This document shows, piece by piece, positions 26,639-39,724 of a stretch of 64,000 nucleotides of DNA. Under the pieces are notes generated by a model. The model was not told the origin of the DNA. It searched no databases and worked only from the letters and a program-made list of their open reading frames with translations. This DNA is from the human T2T-CHM13v2.0 reference genome, Homo sapiens. A program made the position numbers and the translations under genes. Where the stretch lies: the NCBI RefSeq assembly GCF_009914755.1, contig NC_060925.1; one strand, written 5' to 3'. Numbering within the stretch: position 1 is the stretch's first letter; every line of letters begins with the position of its first letter.

Positions 26639-28003
26639 AGAAATTCATGTGAAGCCACATCATAATTAAACACCTGAAAACTAAAGACAATGAAACATCT
26701 TAAACACAGTCAGAAAGAAACTACATGTTACTTCTAAGTTACACCAATTTGAATGACAGCCGATGTCTCTTTTGATACCAAGGAGGCTCAAATTAAGTGG
26801 CACAACAGTTTTCAGGTACAGAGAGAAAAGAACTGTCAATAGCACATTCTATATCTGGTGAAAATATTAAGGGGAAAATAAAGGCATTCTCAGATGAAGA
26901 AAAACTAAGAGAATTTGTTGCTAGCAGATATACCCTTAAAGAATAGCTAAAGGAAGTTCTGTGAACATAAAGGACATGATAATGGAGGAAAGCTAGGAAT
27001 TTCAGAAAGAATGAAGACTCTAAGAATGGGTGGGGATAAACAGAGTAGACTATCCTTTTTCTTAGGAGTTTCTTAAATCCTATTTGCTGGTTGAAGCAAA
27101 AATTAAAAACCATCTAATGTGGTGTATAATGGATGTAAAGGAAGTAGTTTATGATTATCCTCATAAAGTGTGTAAAGAGATCTGAACAGGAGTAAGGGGC
27201 CTATGCTTTGTTCCCAGTGTTAAAACATCAACACCAGTAGAACAGGATGAGTTATGTATATATTTTGTGATATTTAGAGAAAACACTAAGAAAATTATAG
27301 AAAGTGATATTCTTGTATTCTCAAAAACACTATAAAAAATCAATACAGAATCCTAAAAAATGTTTAGGTAACCCACAAGAAGATACCAAGAGAGATCCAG
27401 AGGAATAAGAAACAAAGAAAACAAATAGAAAACAAAAAATAAAACAGCAGACTTAAGCTCTAACATATCAACAATTAAATGCAAATTGTCTCAATGCATC
27501 AATTAAAAGACAGAGATTGGCAGAGTGGATTAAAACAAGCAAAAAAAAGCAAAAAAAAACCCACAGCAACAATAACTACAACAGAACCTCATACAATCCA
27601 ACAACATGCTGCATTCAAGTAATTCACTGCAAATACAACAACATAGGTAGGTTGAAATGGAAAGAATGGAAAGAGATACACCATAAAAATGTTGATAAGA
27701 AAAGAAAGAGTGGCTATATTAATATCAGATAAAGCAGACTTCAGAACAAAGAAAATTGCTAGAGAGAAAGAGGAACATTACCTAATGATAAAAGGATTCA
27801 TTTACCAAGAAGACATAACAATCCTAAGTGTGTATGCATTAAATACTAGCGTCTCAAAATACATGAAGCAAAACTGATAAAGCTGAACAGAGTAACAGAC
27901 AAATCAAAAAATGTAGCTGGAGATTTCAATATGCTATTCTCAGCAATTGATAAAACTAATAGATCATCAGTAAAGCTTTAGATCGGAACAACACGATCAA
28001 GAG

Positions 28004-28349
28004 CAGTGGTTCCTAACCATTCTGGCACCAGGGACTGGTTTCGTGGAAGACAATTTTTCCACGGACATGGGGTAGTGGGGAGAATAGTTTGGGGATGAAA
28101 CTGTTTCATCTCAGATCATCAGGTGTTAGTTAGATTTTCATAAGGAGCAGGCAACCTAGATCCGTCGCATGCACAGTTTACAATAGAGTTTGCACTTCTA
28201 GGAGAATCTAATGTTGCTGCTGATCTGGCAAGAGGTGGGGCTCAGGCAGTAATTCCTGCCCACCTAATGCTCACCTCCTGCTGTGCAGCCTGGTTCCTAA
28301 TAGGCCACAGACCGACACCGGTCTGCAGCCCAGGGGTTGGGGATCCCTG
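28004..28349. mobile_element. MER1B-like hAT-Charlie MITE with perfect 8-bp TSD
   Basis: TSD ATCAAGAG at 27996-28003 and 28350-28357. Ends are cagtggttcctaacc… and …ggttggggatccctg. Confidence 0.92.
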
Positions 28350-30399
28350 ATCAAGAGGGTCTAATTGACATATACAGAACACTTTACCCCAAACAGAAGA
28401 ACACACATCTATTTTCAAGTGCCCACGGAACAGTCACTAAGGTAAGACTATACCCTGTGCCATAAATAACAAAAATGAAAACAACGAAAGTTAACGAATG
28501 GGTTCAATAGTCAAATGGAGGAGACAGAGGAAAGAGTCAGTAATCTTGGATACAGAACAATATAAATTACTCAATCTGAACCACAGAAAGAAAATATACT
28601 GGGAGAAAAAAAGAACAGAGCACCAGGGACCTATGGGACTATAACTAGAGATCTAACACTTATGTCATCAGAATCCCAGGAAGAGAAAAAAAAGGAGGTG
28701 GGGGCTGAAAAAAGACTCAGAGAAATAATGGCTGAAAACTTCCTAAATTTGGCAAAAGACACAAACCTACGGATTCAAGAAGCTGAGTGAACTCCAAACA
28801 GGATAATCTCAAAAGATATTCACACCAAGACACATCATAGTCAAAATTTTTAAAATTAAAGACAAAGAAAATATCTTGAAAGCAGTGAGGGAGAAATGAC
28901 AACCTCTCTGCAGGGGAAAAATATTAGAACAAAAAAGGATTTCTCATCAGAAACCATGGAGGCTAGAGGGAAGTGGCTCAACATTTTTTTCAAGTGCTGA
29001 AAGAAAAGAACTGTCAACCCAGAATCCTATATTCAGGGAAAATACCCTTCATAAATGAAGGGGAAATTGACATTTTCAGATGAAGAAAAACTAAGATAAT
29101 TTGTTGCTAACAGAAACGTACCCTAAAAGAATGGCTAAAACACTCTCTAAATGGAGAAGAAACAGTAAAAGAAGGAATCATAGAACACCAGGAAGAAGAA
29201 AGAACACAGTAAGCAAAAGTATGGGTAAATATAATGAACTTTTACTCTCCTCTTAAGTTTTCTAAATTGTATTTGATGGTTGAAAAAAATTATAGCACTT
29301 TCTGATGTGGTTCTAAATGTATATAGAAGAAATAGTTAAGAAATTTATATTATTAACGAGGAGGGTAAAGGGAGGCAAGCTTTCTATACTTCCCTCAAAC
29401 TGGCAAAATGATGACACTAGTAGACTGTGATAAATTATCTATATATTAATGTAATGTAACTGACAGTAACCACTATAGACACTATACAAAGAGATATACT
29501 CAAAACCAGTATAGATAAGTCAAAATTGAAGTCTAAAAAAACTATTCACATAACCCACAGGAAGGCAGAAGAAAGAAACAAGGGATATTGGTCTGTAGTT
29601 TTCTTTTTGTGTGCTGTCTTTGGCTTTTTTGGTATCAGGGTAGAGGAATGGCTGGTTGAAAGTAACACAAGTTTTTTCAACTGAAAAATGAGGAAATCAT
29701 AGGCCTCACGTCACAGGAAGGGTTGTGGTTGTGAGGTTTAAGGTAATGCATATAAAACAAATGCATTAATGCCTGGCACTTACAGTATGTAATTCACCTT
29801 TAATAAATGATTGCTATAATTTTGTTTAATAACGTAGTGTCACTTCCTAATTCAAGATCGCCCTGGACTGCAGTCTGAATCAACCTATTTTTTTGTAGTA
29901 TTTAAATTTATAAGTTCCAAAATTGATCTGAAACAGTTTAGTTATACATTGGATGAAATATATTTATAGAAATCAGGATGATGGGGGAAATGAAAGCCTT
30001 ATGGTTAACTAAATGATATCATCAGGTCTCCATTCTTGGCTCTGGTCTCCACCATGCCAGCCTCACACACAGACAGGCTCTCTCCTCTAGATGGCTCCAT
30101 GGTTCCACGCTCACACCCTGTGGTCTCTGATTCCACGGACAGGGCCGGAATTCAGCCTGATTGGCTCAGATTGGGTCATGTGCTCATGCCTGAACCAGTC
30201 ACTGTGGCTGGGGAAGCAAGGCTCTGATTGGCTAGACCTGGGGTTCTGGCTACCCCTCCATCTGGGGTGGGGTGATTTCTGCAGGACCCCTTAGGACCGA
30301 GAGGGTTTCTCCAGGGAAATAAGGAGGCTATTATCAGAGGCGAGCCTTCTGGTGGGGTGGGCAGAATCAGCAGATGTTGGTGGTGGCTGGAGTCACAGA

Positions 30400-30875
30400 T
30401 GGGCTTTTAGTTTGCTAAAGCTGCCATAACGAAGTGTCACAAACCGAGGGGCTTCAAGGACAGAATGTATTGTGTTCCCTCATAGTTCTGGAGGCTAGAA
30501 GTCCCCATTTAAGGTGCCAGCAATGTGAGTTCCTTCTGAGGGCTGTGAGGAAGAATACGTTCCATGTCTTCCCCTAGCTTCTCGGGGATGGATGGCTGGC
30601 AATCTTCGGCGTCCCTTGGCTTGTAGAAGCGTTACCCAATTGCTGCTCCCATCTTCATATGGCATTCTCTTGGTATGTGTGTCTCTACGTCCAGGTTTCC
30701 CCTTTTTACAAGGACACTAGTTATATTGAATTGGGGCCCACCCCAATGACCTCATTTTAAATTGATTGCCTTTCTTTGTAAAGGCCCTATTTCCAAATGA
30801 GGCCACATTCTGAGGTGCTAGGGATTAGGCTTTCGACATATAAATATTTGGAGGACACAACCCAAGCCATAACAG
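30400..30875 (-). mobile_element. MLT1C/D-like MaLR LTR
   Basis: tagtttgctaaagctgccataac…ttctggaggctagaagtcc…ggacacaacccaagccataaca. Confidence 0.8.
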
Positions 30876-30939
30876 GCGTGACAGCTGGTACCCACCCAGA
30901 TCCTCTTGACTGACCAGGGCACCAATTCTTTCTGGCTGC

Positions 30940-31290
30940 AGTGAGTATTAACCTCAGCTCAAGAGCGCTGACTGCAGACTCACCTTGCAAAGGCTAAGAG
31001 GTTAAACTCTCCCCACACGGTGACCTTCAGCTAATGACACAGGGTTCAAAAAAATCTATCTCACTGCCCAGGGCAGGAGAGCCGTGTGGTGCCACAGATG
31101 ACGTTCCAGAGCTCCCCGTGGGCTCAGGCTGGGGGTGAACTCGCGTTGAGCCCATGCCCTGGTCTGGCTTCTTGCCTGCCCTCTGCTGCTTCCGTCACTC
31201 CCGTTCTCCTGAGGGTATGCCCTCCACAATCCCACACATCCCCACACATCTCCGTCTCAGGCTCTGCTTCTAGGGAGACCGACCTATATG
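30940..31290 (+). mobile_element. ERVL LTR16-like fragment
   Basis: 3' end ctccgtctcaggctctgcttctagggagacc. Confidence 0.55.
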
Positions 31291-32160
31291 GAATCTTCTG
31301 GAACAGCCATCCTCGGGCACCTGCCATCCTGTAGATCACGTTCTCTCTGTGAGGGGCTGATTCAGAAAGGGCTCTGTTGCCAAGCTCCCAGCAAGGCAGG
31401 GCTGGCATCGTGGGGTCTTGCAACCCAAGTTCCCGCTGCTCGTTTGTCGCAATTCTTCCCATGTCTGCTCAAGGTCCTCATGAAATCCGTCGTCTCCATA
31501 TAATTTCCACATATCTCTCTGCTCTAGGTTTGATTAACAGCAAGTTATAAACAAATTTCAGGAAAAAGGAAACCAGCATCTCCCCAGGGCAGCCAGAGTC
31601 TATTGGCAGATGGCAAATTGCTTTGCAGCCAATATTTTTGTTTGCTTGATTTTTATACAGATAAAGAACTAAGCTAATTAATATACATTTCTTATCATCT
31701 TTAGGTCTTGGGAACCTCTTTGCTCCATAGTGAATTGATTACCAGGTTTCAATAAAGGGTCTGTCTTTGCAATTACAGTTCATTAATAGATTTAAAAGGG
31801 AGGGAGGATGGTTAAGTCTCACTAAGAGGATTATTTTGCATTTCTCTTCTTTTAATTACATGGCTTATGTCCTGGTTCAGAGTTCTGTGAAAGATGGGGG
31901 GAAAGTCCCAGCACCCCATCTGTTCCAGATGCCAATGCAATTAATAGGGGAGGAGACAGGAGCTTCTCAGGGGCTTCCTGCTAACTGAGGCTGCACCTGC
32001 CTCCTCTTCAGAGCTACCTTGTGGCTCGGAAGCTCAGCCACCAGAGCTCAGTTGGCAGCAGGTATGCTGGTGTAGGCAGGGGCTGTTCTGCCCACGGAGA
32101 TGCAATATCTGGGGATTTGGGTCAGGACAGCCTTGGTCCTCTATTGAGCTCTCAGAATGT

Positions 32161-32528
32161 AAGCCCCTAACACATAGTAGGTACCCAAGAAGCACCTATT
32201 GCTTTTTGGGGAGATGGGGAGAATGATTCTCTTCGCTTGGGGGAGACTGTGAAATGAGGGGATGTGTGCAAAGTGCAGAGTACGGGCCGGGTGCCCTCGC
32301 TGTTCAAGACGAAGCTGCATGCTAAACACTTCTCCCTCCTCCTCCTCCTGCTCCTCCTCCCATCCTCCTCCTCTTCCTCCCCTCCTCCTCCTTCTCCTCC
32401 TCCTCCTCCTCCTTCTTCTTCTTCTTCCTCTTCTTCTTTTTCCTCCTCTTCCTCTTCTTTCTTCCTTTTTTTTTTTTGAAAAGGTCTCACCTATTGCTTC
32501 TTGGGTACCTACTATGTGCTAGGGGCTT
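32161..32528. repeat. 34-bp inverted repeat enclosing a composite ~280-bp insert
   Basis: 32161-32194 and 32495-32528 are reverse complements (33/34). See findings. Confidence 0.92.
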
Positions 32529-33498
32529 TACATGGATTTTCTAATTTAAACTTTGCTGTGATCCATTTTTACAGACCATTTTGCAGGTAGAGGAACTAAG
32601 GCAAACAAATGTGTGCAGGACCCTGGGCTAGATGCAGAGAGGTGGGAGATGAACATTTTCCAGACGTTAAAGGAGACCCCGCCTTGGGCACTGAAGTGGG
32701 AGCTGGAATTTGAAGTCAGGCCTGTTGTCTCAGAAATTTCTGTTATGTTCACTCTCTCTTTGCTGCTGTCTGGTGGCACTTTCTGTGCTTCAGTTTTCCT
32801 ACCTGTGAAATGGGCCCCAGAGACTGGATGGAGTGAGTGTGAAGGCTCCTTCGGCTTTGGGGTGCTGTGTTTTGAAGAGGCTGGGCCTGGAATGGCAGGC
32901 GTGGGGCTGGTATGGGAGAGTCTGGTGTCGGGGACTCTGAGTCTCCAGAAATGAGGAGCCTTCAGTCCTCAGCACTAGGGTTGGCTCAGACCTGATCAGA
33001 GAGAGCTGGTTTTACCCCTGTCACTTGAGGGATATCAGTAGCATCTCACTCTTTAATCTCCTTTTCCCAAAAACTCCCAAGGTAGGCAATGACCTTGCTC
33101 ATAGGACAAACCATGGGTCTGTGGTGTCAGAGAAGGCTACACCCCTTTCTCCAGCTGGGCCATCCTCCACATATGACTCTGGAGTGTCTGTGTGAGGGTC
33201 ACCTCCACTTTCCCTGGCCTTTGTATGTGTAGAGTCTTTGTAATTCGGGGGGCAGCAGCCAAGACCTGTGTGTTGGGAGTGAAGTGGGGGCTGAGAAGGG
33301 GCACGCCCAGGAGACACCTTCCTGTGCCTTATCCTCTCTTGTTCCTATTTGCAAATGGCTAAGTCCTTTGTCCTCAAATCAGAATATAATTGTTTGTGAG
33401 CCCCAGTCACTGCAGCCTGGTGGGGGCAGGGGGATACTAGAGACACTGAGCAGAGGTGTTGGAGGAACCCCAACACAGACACCTTGGAGAGACCATGG

Positions 33499-33509
33499 AC
33501 TCTTCCTCT

Positions 33510-33541
<32 letters not shown>

Positions 33542-33594
33542 CTCCTTCTCCTTCTTCCTCCTTCTTCCTTCTCCTTCTCCTCCTTCCTCCTTCC
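33499..33594. repeat. (CCT/CTT)n polypyrimidine tract
   Basis: Visible triplet repeat. Confidence 0.95.
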
Positions 33595-35218
33595 TGGTGT
33601 GGTGGGCCTTGTCCCTGGCATGGCCTGTGGCTGTGGTCATGTGACTGCAGCTCTGGGGCTCAGTTTGCTCCCCTGGGAGATGGCAAGAATAATTCTCCTT
33701 GCTTAGGGGAGACTGTGAAATAAGGGGATGTGTGCAAAGTGCAGAGTACGGGCTGGGCACCCTCACTGTTGAAGATGAACATGCTAAACACTGCTGTTCT
33801 TCACAACAGCTTCAGGACGCAGGTACTATTTGATCCCATCTTCCAGATGGGGGAAAATGAGGCTCAGAGAGCAAGCCCTTGCAGTGGTAAAGGGAAGGGC
33901 TGGGACTTGAACCTGGGCCTGTCTGCCCCATGAGGCCCCTGATGCTTCTCTTCCCCAGTGGAAAACCTCTCATTCCCCCATGTACTCTTCAGGGGACTTG
34001 GATTGGTGTCCCTGCCTGGATTGGTACCATGTCTGGACTCCCCATGCCCTTCCCCATAGCCCCTACTACTTCCCAGAAGCTTCTCTGCCTGTTCCCTACC
34101 CTGCCATTGTTGCCAGGGCTCGTTTGGATGTGGCTGCCTTTCTGGAAGGTTCTGTTCCCTTTTCTTATTGTCAGATTTTCACTTGCAGTTTCCTCTTTGT
34201 TTGCGGTAGGACCCTTGGCACCTGAACAGAAGCCACCTTTTGGGTTCTCTCCCTGGGGTGGTGCAGAGCCTGGAATCCTGCCCCTCAGTGCCTGGGGCTT
34301 CCTCTGGGAAGAAGGAGGAGCACGTGGTGAGTACCCCAGTGTGCGTCCCATTCTCGGGTCCCTTGGGGTCATCACAGCCTTGGATCCCCCTGATGGGCTT
34401 TCCCATACAAGGCCCATGCTCAGCCGGCCCCTTCCAGCTGCCGTGGAGTTTCCTTTGCCCAGACCCTGCCTGGGAGCAGCAGGTGTGGATGGGGCCTCTC
34501 CAGGAAGGAGAGGAACTGGCCTTGCCCTGGGCTGGGTTGGGCTGGGCTGGGCTGGTAGGGGCCAGGCCATGTCCACCCAGGGTGCCGCCTTCTCTTGGAT
34601 CCTGCCACTTCTCCAATAGCAACTGGAGCTGCCCAGGGAGTGGGGTGTACTCACTGGGATATGCATGGGTTGTGCATGCACAAACATTTTATATTTCATA
34701 GTTTCCCAGTCATGTATGTATTTTAATAGTATCAGGAAAAAGCCCACAAGCAATTAGTGGATTGAAGCCTTGATTTCATGGATATTGTTGCTCAGAGTGA
34801 GACAAATGGAAAACAGGGGCCCCATTTCAAATCAGTTTAAAGGGACGTGTGAGTCAACATTGTATAAGGGGAGGGTGGGGACAGCGAAACGCCTGAAAGT
34901 ATCAGAGAAGCTTCTCCAGTGTGGGAGATGCAGAGGAGGCCTCTGAGCTCCAGAGTTAGACACCCGGGGCCAGTCTGGCTCTGTCTGGGGCTGAGGGGCC
35001 TTGGGCAGGTTGCTGCACCTCTGTGAGCTTAAGTTTCCTCATCTGTGACGTGGGGTGAGCCATAGCAGCTCACAGGGTTGTAGTGAGGGTTGATGAGATG
35101 AAGAGGGTGGTGTGCTGGAAGGAGCTTGGCACAGGGTCGGCCCAGTCAGAGTAGTGGGGATTGGTGTGATCATTATTATTGTTATTAGTAGTGTCACTGT
35201 TATCCTTAGGGTGGATGA

Positions 35219-35292
35219 CTTCTTCTTCTTCTTCTTCTCCTTCTTCTTCTTCCTCTTCCTCTTCTTCTTCTTCCTCCTCCTCCTCTTCCTCC

Positions 35293-35327
<35 letters not shown>

Positions 35328-35617
35328 CTCTTCCTCTTCTTCTTCTTCTACTTCTTCTTCTCCTCCTCCTTCTCCTCCTCCTCCTCCTCCTTCTCCTCCT
35401 TCTCCTTCTTCTCCTTCTTCCTCCTTCTTCCTTCTCCTTCTCCTCCTTCCTGCTTCCTCCTTCCTCCTTCTCCTTTTCTCCTCCTTCTTCCTTCTCCTTC
35501 TCCTCCTCCTGCTTCTTCCTTCTCCTCCTTCCTCCTTCCTCATTCTCCTTCTCCTTCTCCTCCTTCCTTCTTCCTTCTTCCTTCTCCTTCTTCTTCTTCT
35601 TCTTCTTTTTTTTTTTT
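35219..35617. repeat. ~400-bp (CTT/CCT)n polypyrimidine tract at the tail of an antisense Alu monomer
   Basis: Almost pure C/T on the + strand, contiguous with the polyT of the FLAM-like element. Confidence 0.97.
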
Positions 35618-35762
35618 GAAAAGGTCTCACTGTTGACCAGCTTGTAGTGCGTTGATGTGATCATGGCTCACTGCATCCTCAAAGTCCTGGGCTCAAACAA
35701 TCCTCCCACCTCAGCCTCCCAAAGTGCCAGGATTATAAGCATGAGCCACTCTGTGCCTGGCT
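35606..35762 (-). mobile_element. FLAM/AluJ monomer
   Basis: ttttgaaaaggtctcac…cctcccaaagtgccaggattataagcatgagccac. Confidence 0.85.
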
Positions 35763-38700
35763 CCTCAGGGAAGTTATTCTGGGTGAAGTGACCCATGGCT
35801 TTCAGTAGGGAAGAGACTGAGAGCTCGACACCCCAATCCTCGCAAAGCATCCTGTGGGCAGTCCCCACTAGGGTGTCCTCCTCGAACCTTGAGCAGGACA
35901 GCTGGCCATGTGGGAGAGGGCCTGGCTTGGGGCTAGGCAGGCTGGGTGTAAGTCCAGCTTGGCCGCCCACTGGGGAGCTGAACAGCCTCTCAGAGCTGCC
36001 CTGTCCTTGACTATAGGCTGAGACCACAAGATCCACCTCTCAGGGTGTGAGAGGGGAGTGGCTTGTGCCCTCCCCACGGCCAAGTCTACTGGGCTCTGGG
36101 CTCTGGTTTCCTCTCTGCGACAGGCCACCCCTGGACCCCAACCTTCCTGCTGGAGAGCAGCTGAGATTGGGATGGGTGGGCAGGGGGCTGCCCTGGGATG
36201 TCCCGGGGGACTCAGTACTGATCCCGTCTCTTCCAGAGTTCCAGCCCCTCCATGCCTATTCTCTCATTTCTCTCCTTCCCAGAAATCAAATTTCTTCCCA
36301 GAGAAGCCTGAACTAACCCTGGCAGGACAGCTGCTGCTCAGAGCCCACTGAGAATTCAGCCAATTAAATGGGGAAATATGGGAGAAGACCTCCATGGTGG
36401 GGCAGGGCGAGTCCACCAGAAGAATAAACAGACATGAAAGACAAGGGGCTCCTGGCTCCTGCTGCCCAAGCTGCTCATGCCAAGGGAGAGTCACGAGAAA
36501 ACTCCACTCAGCAAAGGTCCTGTCTCGCTCCTCATAGTTAATATGCTGGGAAAACAGCAACCCCGGCAGCAGCCGTGTGTTCAGCCGGGATGCATCTGCC
36601 AAGGGCTGAGCTCATAGCTTCGCCACCTGGGGCTTCAGGGCCCGTTTAACCCACTCAGACATGGAGGTGCTGGGAGGGGGAGACTGGGGTGAGCCATGGG
36701 AGGGGGGAATCTGGAGTCAGTGACCAGGACCCTGCATTTTGATGCAGAGAGGAGCTTAGAGATCTTTGGCTCAACGTCCTCCTGCAGATTCTGAAACAGG
36801 AGGAGAGGGTCCTGGAACCTTCCTTCTCACACTCGGGTGGAGGATTTTCAGATCTTGCAGTCCCCTCCATGGCAGCTGTCACACATGGGATCTCAGAGTC
36901 AGAGCTTCTTTCATGAGCTCCAAGACACTTTCATAAAAGCTTTGAATCACAGAATCTGAGCATCTGCTCCCTGTCACAGAATCCTAGAATCCCAGGATCA
37001 CAGAATCATTTGTGGACTCACAGACTCAAGACTCTCAGAATGAAAGGATCTCTGGGGAAGACTTGGAGACTCACCCACGCAGCTCAGACCCCTGGAATCA
37101 CAGAACAATCGGGAGAAGTGATATTAGAAGATATCTAATATCGTGGAATCAGCATCTTAGCACAGGACGTGACCTTAGCCCAGTTCCCCCTGGTCATGCG
37201 GGAAGTCCTCTCTTCACTGTCCTGGGTAATGGTTTGAACTCTGGTAGAGACGGTGAGGTCACCATCTGACAGGGTCACCTGTTCCATTCTTGGGCAGATC
37301 AGGCTGCTGGTGCTGAGACTAAATTTGCCTCCACATGACCCACCTACCAATCTGGCTCCTGGCTCCTCCTCCCACGAAGAACTGAATATGTAAGGTGATC
37401 TGGACACCCACACAGAGGCTTAACACAGCCAAGCACAGCTTGGTCCTTGGCCAGAGGTGTCTGCCTCCCTCTAGGGCAGAGTTGGGCACCAGGACGCAGG
37501 AACCGATGGGGCTGCTTGGCTCACTTCAGTTCAATTCAGTTCACCCAAACAAGCAAGAGGTGTCCAGTCTGCTCCTCTTCTGGAGGAGGGGCCGGTCAGG
37601 GACAGGGGTGGGCAGGTAGGAACGCCCACCAGGAAGGAAGCTCAGTGGTGCTCTGGGAGAAGGAATGATCCTGTTCTCAGGGGTAGAGAGGATGCCTGGG
37701 GCCAGAGGTGACAAATAAGGCTGGTCAGAGTTATCCCAGCCCTGCCGCTGACCATGAGGTAACTTTGGGAAATCACTCAATGCCTCAGAGCCTCAGTTTC
37801 TCCATCTGAGAAATGGGATCATGAAGCCCCCTCTGTGTGATTGGTGCAGGGCTGTGTTGGGATTCACGCAGGGCACTCACCTCCCAGCACGGCTCTTGGC
37901 ACAGCCAAGGCAAAATATATTAATTCCCTCCTGTCCCTCCATCCTTGGGCCTGGGGGATGAGCAGGATTCTCCAGATGGAGAAGATCTGGGAAAGGCATT
38001 CCAGGCGCAGGGAACAGCCTGTGCCAAGCCCTGGGAGCTGGGAGCATTTGAAGACTCGGAGTGTCAGGATGTGGGGGCAAAGTGCAGGCCTGGTCTGGGG
38101 GCAGTGGGCCCTGGATGCCACCATCCAGGATGGTGGGGTGAGGGCGCTGGGAGCCATAACAGGCACAGGTAGCCTCCTGCAGAGACCCTCCACCCTCCTT
38201 TGGTGCCCAGTATCAGCCTGGGGAGAGAGTGTAGCTGCCCAGCCTCCTGGGACCCCACCAGCCAGGCAGCAGCAGAAAAGTGGAACCAATGAAAACACAC
38301 CAGAAACAATCATCACACAGACGAGGTCCGTGCCCAGCCAAACCCCAGCCCTGAGCACATGGAATGATTTGATGCTGAAACCCAGCACCGGAACATTAGG
38401 GCAGTTTAGAAGGGTCTGGCACGGTTTTATTCTGACATAAAGGGCTGGATCTCATTAAGTTCACTTCAAATGCCAACTGGGGAATAAATGAGGCCAAGTC
38501 CCCTGATGAGCCTGGGCCCTGGTACCAGCCCAGGGTAGATGTCAGGGAGCAGCCGGAGGCACGTTGTGGGGACACAGGAAGCTGGGATCTCAGCTCTCTC
38601 CCCATGAGCTGTGTGACGTGGGGCATGTTGCCTAACCTCTCTGTGCCCACGCTCCTCCTACAGGGCAGGGTTGACGCTGGTGGCTCTTGTGCAGGGCAGC

Positions 38701-39385
38701 AGTGTAGACTGAAGGAGGCAGCCCCAGCTCCCTCACACCTGGGCTTCACTCTGTCTCCTGTTCCCCGGGCGGTCATTCATTCTTCTCTCCCATTCCCCCG
38801 CCCGCCCACTCAGGACCTGCACCCTCATTCACCAGGCGTGGGTTTATTCCCCATCAGCCCCGAGCTCCCCTTCCCCAGTGCATTTACTCACCGCCCAGCC
38901 CTCCCTCAGCCCCCAACCCGTGCATGACTCTGGCCTCTGCTGTGAGAAACCAGGATCCCTCCTGTGCCTGTGAAGGGGGCTGGGCAGTTTAAAGAACGCA
39001 GTGTGACTTCATTTAGGCCTCAAGTCCCCCAGGTCCCCACCCAGCTTCCTCCTCCTAGGTCACTCAGGGGCAGGGCATTAATGGGTGGTCCCTTGGGGGG
39101 AGTCCAGAGCTGCCCATTGGAGGGGAGCCTGCCACCTCTTAGTGCTGTCTGTGTGACCTGGGCCAGATCACCTTTCCTCACTCTGCCTAGGAAGTCCTTT
39201 CACCTCTGGGTGTGGGGAGTTGTCTGAGCCTCCTTGTGGCTCTGGGCTGGGAGAAGGCTCTGCCTCTGGCCAGTTTGCAGAGAACAGAGGTCGTTATCCA
39301 TCCTGCTTCTCACGGCCCTTTTTGTATCTATATCTATGTCTGTGTCTAGGTCTATGTCTGTGTCTATATCTATCTATGCCATCTC

Positions 39386-39393
39386 TCTCTGTC

Positions 39394-39446
<53 letters not shown>

Positions 39447-39724
39447 TTTGAGACAGAGTCTCACTGTCGCCTAGGCTGCTGTGCGATCTCGGCTTACTGC
39501 AATCTTCACCTCCTGGGTTCAAGCAATTCTCCTGCCCAAGCCTCCCCAGTAGGAGAGATTACAGGTGCCTGCCACCATGCATGGCTAATTTTTTTGCTAT
39601 TCTTAGTAGAAAAGGGGTTTCACCATGCTGGCCAGGCTGGTCTCGAACTCCTGACCTCAGGTGATCCGCCCGCCTCGGCCTCCCAAAGTGCTGGGATTAC
39701 AGGCATCAGCCACTGCGCCCGGCC
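39386..39724 (-). mobile_element. AluS whose tail has become a (TCTA)n tetranucleotide STR (~39393-39443)
   Basis: TSD-like ctatgccatct on both sides, with a TCTA array adjoining the residual polyT. Confidence 0.9.

Larger units (their letters stand above)
24700..29580 (+). mobile_element. Old L1M elements (5' UTR, ORF1, start of ORF2; ORF1 region present twice)
   Basis: Decayed ORF1-like (ELEERSIEFTQPEEQRE) and endonuclease-like (VAILISDKADF…HYLMIKGFIYQEDITILSVYA) peptides. Confidence 0.85.

Noticed and set aside
33930-34753. Overlapping 229-aa and 254-aa ORFs
   Set aside because: No domain or splice structure; open on both strands as expected for GC-rich, stop-poor sequence.
35070-35664. 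Poly-Glu/Arg/Ser/Leu ORFs (also at 32167-32522 and 33284-33766)
   Set aside because: Translations of simple CTT/CCT repeats.
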